From Squalus acanthias (Eukaryota): 64,000 bases of DNA. The stretch covers positions 113,524,001-113,588,000 of the forward strand of contig CM059432.1 in NCBI GenBank assembly GCA_030390025.1. Reading direction: 5' to 3'. The notes under the pieces are model-generated. The model searched no databases. It was not told where the DNA came from and saw only the letters and a program-made list of their open reading frames with translations. Below, piece after piece: positions 10,800 through 23,663 of the stretch (position 1 is the stretch's first letter; every line of letters starts with the position of its first letter). A program made the translations under genes and the position numbers.

Positions 10800-13700
10800 A
10801 CACGCGCGAACTTATGTACACGTACACACGCGAGCCCGTGTGTACACACGCAACCTCCTGATGTCTTTCAAGAGGAGGGGAAAAAAGGCACTGATCTAAT
10901 GTGATAATATGTGGAAACTACAGTTAGTAGATGACCTTTTTATTTTAATCCCTTGCTGTGTTTTCCCCCCTCCCTATGTCTTGGTTCCCATGCTCTAGTC
11001 GGAGCTGAGAGTGTTGTTAGTTAACTTGCTTCAAGGCCTCTCTGCCAGTCCTGTTCTATAAGCAGATGCTAGGCAATGTGTAAATAGTCTGAGTTGACTT
11101 GTCTGCTTTTTTTTTTATTGGGGAGACACAGTCCCTTAAGAGAGAATCTGAGATCATGAACCTATCATATGGGTTGTAGTTGTGAATCTGTATTTCATCA
11201 CGTGCTGTAATATACGGGACTATGTTGCCCCTTACCCCACTCCTCTGTGCTGAACTTTTATGAAAATGTTAAAGTATTTTCTATTTGAAGTTTGTTCCTG
11301 TTGGAGTTGCTTGGTTTTGCCTGTCTGTCCATTGTAGGCCCCTGTTTACTGTAGAAGACTACATACAGTTTAGATCAAACTGTTTCATGATATTGCAACA
11401 TTTATGGTAACTTTATGTGCCAGATTATATTACATTACCAGCCTGACCCCTATACTGCATATTCTCTGGAAGTGCAAAGTGTCTAGAATTTTGAATCAAA
11501 CTGTTTACACTATTCCGTTTTCTTGATTTGAAACTGGTAGCTTGAAGCTAGTTTGAACAGTGATCCATGCAACAATAGTGGAGAAAAGTTTATATGGCTC
11601 GCAGGATCATTTCTGGGCAGATTTAGCATGCTGGTACAATTACACTTTATGAATAATCCCACTTGAGCCCATGTACGCTTTAATGTGGCAATATGTTTAA
11701 ATAATTACCCTAAATTACTCCCTATTGCAACCACCAGTAACGGGCCTGTAACCACCTGCAACTTCACCCTGTTGTATGGCTCAAAGTGTTCTCTCCAAAC
11801 ACAACCTACATTTGGATGAACTGCTGTATTTTTCATAATTCAACTGGAAATAGAACAATTTTCCATGATCACCACTGTCATTAGGTTCTCTAAAGCACAA
11901 CACTGCTGTCTGGTATGTCATGACTTCTGATATTGTGCATTTGCCACCCCCTCCCCATCATGACCATCACCATTGATCGCCCTGCCCTCACCTACTTAGG
12001 CCCCATACACTGGAATTCCCTCCCTAAACCCTCTCCATCTTGAGGTCTCTCTCCAAAGCCCACTTCTGACCAAGCTTTTGATCTCCCTCCATAATCTCTT
12101 CCCCTTTGTCTTGGTGTCCATTTTCTACGCACCTTGGGACCATTTTCTACAAAGCTTTAAGCTACAGCAATTTTCATAAGAGCTGGGTGCAATGTATGGT
12201 CTGGTAGAAAATGGAGATCATCACGGGCAAGGATAATTTATTTTAACAACCAAATGGGCTACTTATACATTGTAGCGGTAGTTGTTAGCCTGCCATGATG
12301 CTGGTTTTTGCAGGTCAAGTTATGTGATCATCTTGCTCAATCCTACTTTTCATATATTCAGGCAGTGCTAATTTCCACCTGATACAATTTAACAATCGAG
12401 CATATATTTACTGTAATAAATGTTCCCACAGGTTAAATTAGTCACCTAGGCTTCGAACATTTTATTAACCCAAATCCTGCTTTGTAGCTGTTCTAAATTT
12501 TGATCCCCTGCAGACCGATTACATTTTAATGTTGCTGAGCGAGCACTTCACCACGGTAGAATAGAATCCAGATGCAATGACTGTAGGTAAAGTACAGCAA
12601 GATGTGTCACTGATGGAAGACGTTAGAATTGCACCCAAGTTATCTGCTTTTAGGAGTAGAAGATTGCAGCTTTAAGCAACCTTCCTGAAGTCAAAAGGGT
12701 GTATACTGTTGCTAAACAGTGGATGTGGAGTGCATCATATTCATGATTTAAGTTGACTCATCTGTCAGGAATTATGAATCATGGCAGCTTTCCATGCTAG
12801 TTCAGTACACATTAGCAAATGTTGTGGGAAGACTGCCCACATCCAAGTTCACATCTGGCTTTTATTGTGTAGTGTGTTTGGGAGGGAAAGGGTTAGTGTA
12901 TTTGCTGCCTTTAAGCAAGGGAATGGAATTAGGATTATTGCTTTTTTAAAAGGACTTGCTGATGCTTGCACTTGGTGTGTGCCATTCAGGGATGTGTGCT
13001 GTTTAAGGAGGATATGCTTAGCATTCATTCCCTGAAATCCAACAAAAATGCCAACACCTCTATCACTAGTCTTCCTGTATTGGTTTTAAATATCTACTCC
13101 TTTGTTGTGACCATGTAGGTTGCACGTATTACACTGTAAAATATACAGGAGTTCATTCAGAAGTGTACATGAGCCAGATATGAATGAGTTGTCAACAGGT
13201 TATGAAATTCCAAACTGTTGCGATTGTCTTTGTAGCAACCATATTTACCCTGTCCAGTGACCAAGGTTCTAATAAAATATTACCAGGCAGCTGCAGTGTT
13301 ATTTAGTTAATTTTTTAACATGTCCCATCCGAAGCAGCATGGTGTTTTGAATCCTAAGTTTTCATGGTGTACTGTACCTGTGTTTAGTTCTGAATGAATG
13401 TTTTGGGTCTTTTAAAATTATCTTTTGACCCTTGACAGAGGTTTTTCAGAAAGCTCAGCTCCTTCTAAGAAAAATATTGCAGCTCCCTTGAAAAGAGATT
13501 TTTGTCTTGAATCATTTGTATCTAGATTTGACAGATCTGGTTTGAGTTCTCAACTCATGAGGTGATGTTTTCAGCAACATACCCTGTCGTGTTTGTTGTG
13601 TTACAGGGAATGTCCTGTTTTGTTGTAGTAAAAGCAATGTTTTGAGTAACTTGTAAATTCAGTAAAAGTAATTATAGCATTGTAGCTGGTAACTTGATTT

Positions 13701-13961
13701 GCAAAGATCAGTTATTCTTTCAACATTGCATAGTTATAAAATTGTTACTGGTCCTCATTTCCTGCTGGCATGTTTTAATTTTAACTTATTTCAGATGATG
13801 CATTTCATAATTTTTTTTGGATAGTAATCCATCGGGAAATAAATACATGTCTCCAGTAGTTCCGTTAACAATTTTTTTTTTACAGATGAAGTAAATAAAA
13901 TCTGCTTGTCACAGCTGTTCTCGAGATGCTGAATTTATTATTCCTTTTACTTTTGTTTCAG

Positions 13962-14024
13962 GCAGCATCGTTCTGGGAGAAAAGTATGGTTCGGGAAATG
14001 CACAAATTTCAGAGATCTCAACTG
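13962..14024 (+). CDS. LRP12: LRP12 exon 2 (63 nt, not in ORF track)
   Basis: Polypyrimidine-CAG acceptor and G|GTATAT donor, phase 1-1. Encodes (G)SIVLGEKYGSGNAQISEIST, resembling the LRP12 ENVHISGVST segment before CUB1. Confidence 0.8.
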
Positions 14025-14329
14025 GTATATTTCTATTTTTTCTAATTAGTAATTTTTCCCGGGAAGGTTGCGGGGGCGGGTGGGTACAATTGGGTAAGGG
14101 ATAGATGACTTTCGAGCAGTATCATGGGTTGAAGGATTTTAGCTGCAATATTATTCAGCAGTTTTTCAAGTAGTGTGTGTGCTGGTAACTGCAAAGGCTG
14201 CATGACAGAGGTGAAAGAAAGTTAGCAGTTGATGTAGAACCTGATATGATAATTTAGAGATTATTTTATTTTTGGCTGTGGAGAGTGTGTATAGTCAGTA
14301 TATATGTTGTATACTGACCACATATCTGC

Positions 14330-15002
14330 AGCAGAACAAAGACCGCCTCTTTCCATCTCTGTAACATTGCCCGTCTCCGCCCTTGCCTCAGCTCATCCGC
14401 TACTGAAACCCTCCTCCATGCCTTTGTTACCTCTAGACTTGTCTGTTCCAATGCACTCCTGGCTGGCCTCCCACATTCTACCCTATGTAAACTTGGGGTC
14501 ATCCAAAACTCGGCTGCCCGTGTCCCAACTCGCACCAAGTCCCGTTCACCCATCACCCCTGTGCTACCTGACCTACATTGGCTCCCGGTTAAGCAGTGCC
14601 TCGATTTCAAAATTCTCATCCTTGTTTTCAAATCCCTCCATGGCCTCGCCCCTCCCTATCTCTGTAATCTCCTTCAGTCCCACAACCCCCCGAGATATCT
14701 GCGCTCCTCTAATTCTGCCCTCCTGAGCATCCCTGATTATAATCGCTCAACCATTGGTGGCCGTGCCTTCTGTTGCCTAGGCCCTAAGCTCTGGAATTCC
14801 CTGCCTAAACCTCTCTACCTCCCTTTCCTCCTTTAAGACGCTCCTTAAAACCTACCTCTTTGACCAAGCTTTTGGTCACCTGCCCTAATTTCTCCTTGTG
14901 TGGCTCAGTGTCAAATTTCTTTTCTTATAACACTCCTATGCAGCACCTTGGGATGTTTTACTACGTTAAAGGCGCTATATCAATACAAGTTGTTGTTGTT
15001 GT
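14330..15002 (+). mobile_element. L2 LINE 3' fragment
   Basis: LHWLPVKQCLDFKILILVFKSLHGLAPPYLCNLL...KLWNSLP, ending in (GTT)n. Confidence 0.9.
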
Positions 15003-16380
15003 AAGTAAATGCAAATGTAGTACAGTTTATGTTAGTGGTTATAGTAGCGGGTTATTAGATCAGACTGAGATTGATATTGGTGCAGTGATCAGCTAACACA
15101 ACATTCTAAATCCCTGGGCATATTCATTGAGAAAGATGCATTGGACTCATCTATAATTGTATCCTGTGAGTTTCTCTGTTTAAATATTCTGTCCCGCATT
15201 GTTGCAATTTATTCCCAGTGCCATCTAAAGCAGTACTGCATTATAAATAGTGATTTGTTTGATTCACATGATCCTGATGTGTTTGGTATCAGTAAATCCA
15301 TTCAAACAAGCTGTACCAAACTTCCTTGATGCACGAGTGGATGATGACTAATTAGAATTTTTACTGTGTCGGGACTTTTTAGTTCCCTGTTTTGTTTCCT
15401 GTCCCAGAAAAGAATTCATTGTTGCAATACTTTGAAGTAGAATACCAACTACACAAACCAATGGGTTTTTTCCTCTCTGCAGCAGCAATTGTAAAGCTTA
15501 TACCTTTCAGTCTTTTTGAAGGGTCTCTCATTGCCAACACGGTAGCACCAAGTCCCACACTGTTCAGCATGAAGCTAAAGTGAGACCAAGGTGTTGGTAG
15601 CAAAACAACATAACTCAAATCTAATTTGGGAATCTGGTTATCCAGCATTAACTATAGGAACAAAGAAAACACTTAAGAGAAGGTTGTATTCCAGTGGCAC
15701 TCATAATATGGCTCGGAACTGCTTACAGGATATCTTTTCCCCCTCATCTGTGGCCTCGGAAGGCCCGCTGCTCTGTGTGTGCCTGGGCCTCAGTTCAGTT
15801 CACAGCCTGCCAGCCAGCTCGAGGCATTGATAGAGCTGAGGTCAAGGAAAGGGAGGAGTGGGAGGACTTTTTATTTCAAATAAAAATAAGAACATGGAGT
15901 TTGTTTCTGGTAGCCATTCAGTACGCCCTTGGTAAAAACGTAATGAGGACCACTGGTATGTGCCTTTCCTGTGCTATTTTGGCTAATCGGTAGGCTGTTT
16001 CTCATCCATCTACACGGTGGCCTCTCCAAGCTCATCTCATCCATGAGAATTTTTTTCTGTTCCCTTATCTCCATTCCACTAAACTCCTGACCACCCAAAT
16101 TCCCCAACCAGAGTCACAGTGACTGTCACCCTGGTGCATTGTCTCTCTTGGACTCCTCGGCAACCTTCATTGTGATCAATTGCACCATCCTCCTCCAACT
16201 CCTCTCCTCTGTTGTCCAGCTTGGAAGGACAGTTGTTGCTTGGTTATACTTTTGCCTATCCAGTCATAGCCAGCGCATCTCTAGCAATGGATTCTGTTCC
16301 TATCCCTGCACCGTCACCTTGGTAGCCCCCAAGGATCCATCCTTTGACCCTTCCCTTCCTCATCTGTATGGAGCAACCTA

Positions 16381-16845
16381 AAGAAAAAGAAAGACTTGCA
16401 TTTCTATAGCGCCTTTCACGACCACCGGACGTCTCAAAGCGCTTTACAGCCAATGAAGTACTTTTGGAGTGTAGTCACTGTTGTAATGTGGGATACGTGG
16501 CAGCCAATTTGCACACAGCAAGCTCCCACAAACAGCAATGAGATAATGACCAGATAAGCTGTTTTTGTGTTGTGGATTGAGGGATAAATATTGGCTAGGA
16601 CACCGGGAAGCTGCTCTTCTTTGAAATAGTGCCATGGGATCTTTTACGTCCACCTGAGAGAGCAGACGGGGCCTTAGTTTAACGTCTCATCCGAAAGATG
16701 GCACCTCTGACAGTGCAGCACTCCCTCAGCACTGCACTGGAGTGTCAGCCTAGCTTTATGTGCTCAAGTCCCTGGAGTGGGACTTGAACCCACAACCTTC
16801 TGACTCAGAGGCGAGTGTGCTACCAACTGAGCCACAGCTGACACT
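16381..16845 (-). mobile_element. tRNA-derived Deu-domain SINE (SacSINE1/AmnSINE-like) nested in an L2
   Basis: tRNA-like head with A/B boxes (TGGCTCAGTTGG, GGTTCAAGTCC), Deu core GGAGTGCTGCACTGTC...GTAAAAGATCCCATGGCACTATT and an L2-like tail. Flanked by L2 sequence at ~16100-17620. Confidence 0.8.
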
Positions 16846-17720
16846 TTGCTATTATCCACAGACACGGAGTCAGCTTCTACACGAGCTCTGTTTATTCGCC
16901 ACCCCTTCGATCCCTCCACTGTCTCTGTGCTATCAGACTGCTTGACTGACATTCAGTCTTGGATGAGCTGTAATTTCTTCCAGCCAAAAATTGGGAAGAC
17001 TGAGTCTATGATCTCCAGCCCCCGGCACAAACTTCATACCCTCTACACCAATAACATTCCCCTGCCTGACCACTGTCTCGGGCTGAACCAGACTCTTTGC
17101 AACCTTGGCATATAGTTCAACCCTGAGCTGAGTTTCCAATCCCATATGTTCACCATCACAAAGACCCCCCACTTCCGCCCCTACATCCACCCATTTGCAA
17201 CTGACATCCTCATCCATGCCTTGGTCACCTGCAGGCTTGATTTACACCAATGCTCTCATCATCCGCTTCCAATCCTTCAGCTCATCCAAAACTCTGCTGC
17301 CTGTATCCTATGCTGCACCAAGTCCCGCTCACCCACCATGCTTGTCCCCACTGATCTATGTTGTCTCCTAGTCCACAATGCCTCAAATTTTAAATTTGTC
17401 ATGCTCGTGTTTAAAACTGTCCATGGGCGGCCCCCCCCCCCCCCCATTAAGACCCCCACAGTAAGACCCTCCTTTAACCTTTAAACCACCTCGTTGGTCA
17501 CCCCTCTTAATCTCTCTCTCCTGCTTCTTTGGCTCAATGTCTATTTTTTTGATTATATCTCTGAAGTACCTTAGGAAGCTTTTCCACTTTTAAAGGTGTT
17601 AAATACTTGCAAGTTGTTATCATTATGGTTATTTTATTTCCTATTACTGCAATTACAATTTTATTCAGACAATGTTGCACGTGTTAGCTGCATTAATTAG
17701 CCAACTTCTCCTTCTCTTAG

Positions 17721-17856
17721 CTTGTGGAGATGCACCAGAACAGCTCAGGGCACCAAGTGGGATAATTACAAGTCCAGGTTGGCCCTTTAACTATCAAACT
17801 AGAGTTAACTGTAGCTGGTACATCCAGGCCAATCAGGAGGAAGTCATCACCATCAG
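17721..17856 (+). CDS. LRP12: LRP12 exon 3 (CUB1 first half)
   Basis: cttctcttAG acceptor and AG|GTAAGC donor. Encodes ACGDAPEQLRAPSGIITSPGWPFNYQTRVNCSWYIQANQEEVITI. Confidence 0.95.
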
Positions 17857-18779
17857 GTAAGCTTGAACAACTCGTGACACTCAACTACTACCTTGTGTGC
17901 AATACCCAGCACAAATTCAAGACCTGGTATTTTGCAGAAACTTTTGGATGTTTAGCTTGTGGAAAGAAAAGGGGATGGTGATGAATGTCCCTGATAGGTG
18001 TGTACTATATGGCATGTTATTAATCTGGCCAGGAACGTCTTGGGTTCAAATCCTGGCCTGTGTTGATAAATCTCAAATGTGATTGCAGCAAAGGCATTAC
18101 AATTGGCTTCAGTGTCCCAAGGCTAGGGAGGGGAAACCGTTTGCTGGCGTTTCTGTTAGCAGTGCCGTAACTGCTCCTGGAAGTGAATGTTTGTGGGCAT
18201 TGGATGCGGATAGGTTAAGGGTTGGTTTTAAACTCTGCCCTCAGTGACCAAAATTCAGTGTCCGTGCCCAAAATGAAGAGGTACTTGAGGGAGATACTGC
18301 AGGGCTATTGTGGCCAGTTCTGAGAAGTATGAGAGGGCAACAAAGAGGTGATAGCATCCATGGCTAGGTAATGATACTAATAAACTTGAAAGCTAAACTG
18401 CACAAAATGCTCCAAACGTGGTCTCGCCCATGCTTGTACAATTTTAAAATCACCTCTTTTGATTTATATCTTACACTTTCCACTTTGCAGCCTAACATTT
18501 ACTTTGTTTTATTTGCTACCTGGATCACTGGACTGATGGTGTGAGTAATCTGGCCATCGATATTCAGAGATATTTCTCCTCCTTTGCCTTCAGTATGTTT
18601 CCAATGAGTCAATATTGCATGTTCGATCCTTGGGTTAGACCACACTTGACGAGCTCTGACGCATCACTACCGGCTACCTCCCATGTGATTTGGCCAGATG
18701 CAGTTGCCATTACTGTCGAGCTTCATCCTGTCCTTACTCAACATCCAGATGTGCACTTCCATAAAGAGTCACTAGATAG

Positions 18780-19335
18780 ACTAAATCTTTATAAATCACT
18801 GGTTAGGCCCCAGATGGAGCATTGTGTCTAATTCTGGGCACTACACTTTAGGAAGGATGTCAAGGACTTGGGGAGGGTGCAGAGGTGATTTACTTGAATG
18901 GTGTTAGGGGTGAGGGACTTTAGTTATGTGGAGAGACTGGAGAAGCTGGGATTGTTCTCCTTACAGCAGAGAATATGAAGAGGAGATTTAATAGAGATGT
19001 TCAAATTATGAAGGGTTTTTGATAAAGAGAAACTGTTTCCACTGGCAGAAGGGTTGGTAACCAGAGGACACAGATGTAAGGTAATTGGCAAAAGAACCAG
19101 CGGGGAGATGAGGAGAATTTTTTTTTCACAGTGAGTTTTAATGATTTAATGAAAGGGTGGTGGAAGCAGATTCAATAATAACTTTCAAAAGGGAATTGGA
19201 TAAATAGTTGAAGGAGAGAAAGTTGGAGGGCTATGGGGAAAGAGCAGGGGAGTGGCACTAATTGGACAGCTCTTTCAAAGATCCGGCACAGGCACGATGG
19301 GCTGAATGGCCTCCTCCTGTGCTGTATGATTCTAT
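18780..19335 (+). mobile_element. CR1 3' fragment
   Basis: LYKSLVRPQMEHCV... through the CR1 tail. Confidence 0.85.
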
Positions 19336-20579
19336 TGCGATCAGGAGTGGAAGGCTAGCTGATTTTTTTTTTCTTCCCTATTCTCTAACCCTGAGGCCAG
19401 TTGTCAACACTCGTACTGCTGTGTTGTTTGAGATCAGGTAACTCACACAGACCAATAATTGAATGTGGGACCTTTCCAGTCTGTACAGCTCAGCTTCTCA
19501 CTGGATAAACATGCTGAGACATCAGGACTGTTTCATATGTGGTATGAGTAATAGGAAGCAGTATACAAATAAGGTCTAATTGCTTATTTGTTCATTCATT
19601 ATTACTGTATGATAATTGTACCTTTTTAATTTAGCAATGGAAATATGATAACAGTGCTGTAATTTGATTTGCGCTGTTACGCAGACAAGCCTAAAAAAAG
19701 TGCATGTTTGTTGTGGGGGTGAGAATTTTGGTTCACTGTGGTAAATGGCCTATGAATCTATAAGTGCAAATTCTGCTCCAGTAAAGATGCTATCCAGATA
19801 CAACATGCAGAAACTGTTACATTATCAAATGCTGCATGTGCTTAAGCTCATGTTGTGTGGGATAAGACTGCTTTTGAATTCACACGTCTCCTGTAAATGT
19901 TAGACAGATTTATCCAAGTCGAAAGACTTGCAAAGAATGTCCTTTCAGTATTCAGATGGCAATTCAAGTGAGTAAAATTATAGACAGTAAAAATCCATCC
20001 TCCTTTTCTTGTAAGGTTGGATAACAGCTTCAAGCTTCCATACTGCCAGCTGCAATTTTTAGATGGAGTTGGTGGGGGGAGGGGAAGGAAAATCCTGTTC
20101 CTTCAGCTTTTGATTTCCATCTATGGTTCTTACTACAGCTTACACTGCCAGAAATTAAATAAACTGTTGAAGCGCAGTCCCAAATCTAGGATGTGGAGCT
20201 GTATGTTTTTGCTCTGCATCTGTTGAAGATCTGTTTGCTCTGCAGTGTTTGCACTACATTTCACAATTTGATCTGGTTGTGAATTTGCAGCAAATGTGAA
20301 TTAAATGGATGTAATGTTAAAGCAATCTGAGCTGGGTTGAACTGTGCCGGAGCTAAATTAAACCATGCAGTGTATGATTAGGAAATGTAAATATTTTTCT
20401 TTACAGCCTGAGTTCTGAATCCCAGATGAGATTCTCAACAAAAAAAGCAACTTCCTCAGAGGAAGAAGGACTTGGGGAGGAAAATTGAAGGGTGCATCAG
20501 CCTGTACCCTTTCCATGTACCACCTAGAAGCATGCATAGACTTTAGGTTAGTGGTCCTGAACCTATGGGACACAAAAAT

Positions 20580-21060
20580 ACTAAAGGAGAAAATAGAAGA
20601 ACATCAAGAAACCAAAAATATGGATTTCAAAAGGGAAAGTCTTGGTTGACCAACCTCATGGAATTCTTTGAAGAGGTAACAGAGAAAGTAGACAAGGGTA
20701 ATACAGTAGATGTAATTTATCTAGATTTTCAAAAGGCCTTCAATAAGGTACCACATAATAGACTAATGAATAAGATCAGAGAATGCGGAGTCAGGGGACA
20801 AGTAACAGAATGGATAGCTAGCTGGCTTGAAGACAGAAAGCAGAGAGTCGGAGTAAAGGGTAGCTATTTACAGTGGCAGAAGGTGGGAAGTGGTGTTCCA
20901 CAAGGATCAGTGCTGGGACCACTGCTGTTCACAATTTATATTAACGATTTAGACTTTGGAATCAAAAACACAATTTCTAAATTTGCAGATGACACAAAAA
21001 ATTTTGGGGGGGGGTGGGGGGTGCACGGTGTAGTCAATACTGAGGAGAACTGCAACAAAT
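20580..21060 (+). mobile_element. CR1 RT fragment abutting the ERV
   Basis: [26 protein letters not shown] and KFADDTK. Confidence 0.9.
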
Positions 21061-21300
21061 GGGATGCTGGGATACGAAGCTTGGTCAAGTTACAAAACTG
21101 CCTGTACAGTACAACCGCTTAACCCTTTAATGTCGGTTTACTTTAAGTTAAGTGCGTCCTTGCTGCAGGACTGGCTACAGGAGTCCACTCCCCAAGTGAC
21201 TGATGTACTGACTCCTCAGGGAATCGGTCACTTTTAGACCAACTTCTCCTATTCTTGCTGAACCAAGACCTCACGCATTCATTTTTGCTGTCTTCTTCCG

Positions 21301-23546
21301 TCATCTTTTCTCCGCCATCACCAGACATAGCAAATAGATCACAATGATCAATTGGATTATGACCAATACATGAGACACTATTCTTATCCAAGGAGATATC
21401 TCAACTGTAATTCCCCAATTCCATAATTGTTTCCACCATGGGATAATTTTTATATTTTGTATGTCTTTCCCCACTTCACTTTGTCTTTGTTTTAATTCCC
21501 ACAATACATGCTGGGTTACATCAAGATCATTCAGTAATTTAGTTATTTTAGCCTGACTTTGGGTTCAAGTAAATCTATATCATAGCCAAACTTACTAACA
21601 AATTCTTCCATGTTCAAATTAGAGAGTGGGTCTGATACATCGGTACCCGTTTCCTTTCCTAGGTGTAAGGGTTGTAGGATCCTATGTCTTATCAATACCA
21701 CATGAGCAGGCTCAACACAAAAGGTTGGTTGTATAACAAATTATTTCCACAAATAAAAGATTTTACAGTAGCGGTTACATAATACATTCCATTCCCTCTA
21801 TAAGCAGAGTTAACAACTCCATGTCTTCCTGATGTAGATGCCATGGTACAATTTTCCCTCTTCCCAGAGAATCCACATGCTGATCCTTTATGGTCATGTA
21901 GTCTATAGGGACAAATTACTGTCTCTCACTTGCTGACAGGTCTGTGGGAAGCCACCTATCTGTTCCACTCGCGGAGGCGTTACAGGCTACATAAGGAGCA
22001 TTGCCTTGGTGCTCCGTTACTATTTGCGTCCCATACAATACATGTCCAATGATTTCTACTCTAAACGGGATATCCCTGATGGTTTGGAGTTATGAGAGGG
22101 AATTTCAACGCTATTCCGACCACCATCATGAGCAGGACTATCACATTTGTGATAAACTACTTGAGCCTTAATCAACCTTCTTAATTTACATATACTCACA
22201 TTAGGTGAAATTTCATAATCTGTCAATTGTGTTAAGTGTTCATTGCTAATCCAATCAGGTACGTATCCCTCCTCTAATTTCTCTAAATTATGGCGGGTTT
22301 GTTCTACTAACCAACTCCCATACATCATGCACACGTCATTCTGAGCTGCCTCTGTGCTGGCATTTCGATCTTCCTTGATGAGCTGATCCACCTTTCTAGC
22401 AGTATCTAAAATAGGATTAGTGAGTTTTGTTAAATGGAGAGTCATTATCAGGTCCTCGTATAATTGCTGTTGCATTAAATCACTGCTTTGCTGTAAGATA
22501 CTTTTGATTTGCTGCTTAGCTTTCCTTAATTCACTATTCGTTGTTACTAAATCTAATCTATTATAAGCCATTCCTGCCGTATTGACTCCCGTCGCTATAT
22601 CGTTAATCAAACTCCTTCTCTTCCTCTTTCCTTCTGGGCTTTGGGCCGTGACCACAGCAGTAGGTGGAGTAGACCACTTCTCCACTTCTTCCTAATGATT
22701 TTTCAAATCTTTGGATTCCCATGAATCTCCAGTGTCCCCCCAAAAATCTTTAACTACTTGTTGCCACATTTTATCTATAAGCTTTCGGGTGTCTCTTTTA
22801 CACCAGCTTGGCCATCTTGCCTCGGTCAAATTCAAAATAACTGGAATTATCTGGTAAAGTATGTTTTGATATAAAATCTGATTGGTTGGGACCGATACCA
22901 GGCCATTTCTGGGTCCTGCTATTTGCTTTGGACACTCTGGAGATTTGTGTTGTTTTAATTCGGGTGTTTTCTTTGGTGCCGTTTTTAACTGATACATTAT
23001 TATAGTTTGATGGTTTACTTCTTTACTTGCACTCTTTCCTGCTACATTATTCCCAAGCTCACTACGCTCACAATAATATCTGCCTTCGAATTGCTTATTC
23101 CAATTTGGCCAACGGTAGACTATACCGTTACTCAGAGTGATTGGTTTTGTACAGTCTTACAGATACAGCCGGTTCTACATTTAACCTTTCCACACTAGGT
23201 TTTCCCGGTGCAGGCGTGAGCAGTACTACGTCTGTGGCATTACGTAATTTAGATATTGTGCACTTATTACCATCCCCGGGTGACTCAAAGCTACATTTTA
23301 CACAAATCCGTCTCCCTTCCTTTACCTCTATCACCTTTACCAAAGCTAAATTACTCTTGCATCCTGTTGCCCTTTTTCAGAGCTGTTATTACTGTCAAAA
23401 GGACATGCAAAATACAGTTCCTTAGAGTATGTTTCAGCTTCAGCCGTTTTCCCCAGGTAGGTGACAGTCGATGAGCACCAATCTACTTCAGAGGTCAAAC
23501 TTTCACCCCACACGATTCCCAAGAGAAGCGCTAACACACTCTTCAT
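21301..23546 (-). pseudogene. env: ERV env, class I fusion-protein-like, disrupted
   Basis: Signal peptide MKSVLALLLGIVWG, RKRR furin site (22614-22625) followed by a small-residue-rich peptide and a heptad-like helix, Cys-rich segments, and a C-terminal TM VLVIIQLIIVIYLLCLV. Confidence 0.75.
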
Positions 23547-23663
23547 CTTTCCCTCCTTTTCCCTTTTTCCCTGCAAAATAAAATAGGCAAAGGTTCGCTC
23601 TGCGTTGGCCCCTACAACACTATCCATGCGACGCAGATCTGATTGGTTAAATAAGTAACTTAT

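Noticed and set aside
17990..19520. Old SINE-like remnants in both orientations
   Set aside because: Too degenerate to assign a family or boundaries by eye.
21061..21140. Polypurine tract and start of a 3' LTR
   Set aside because: The minus-strand AAAGGGTTAAGCGGT-TGTAC is only weakly PPT-like, and there is no second LTR for comparison.
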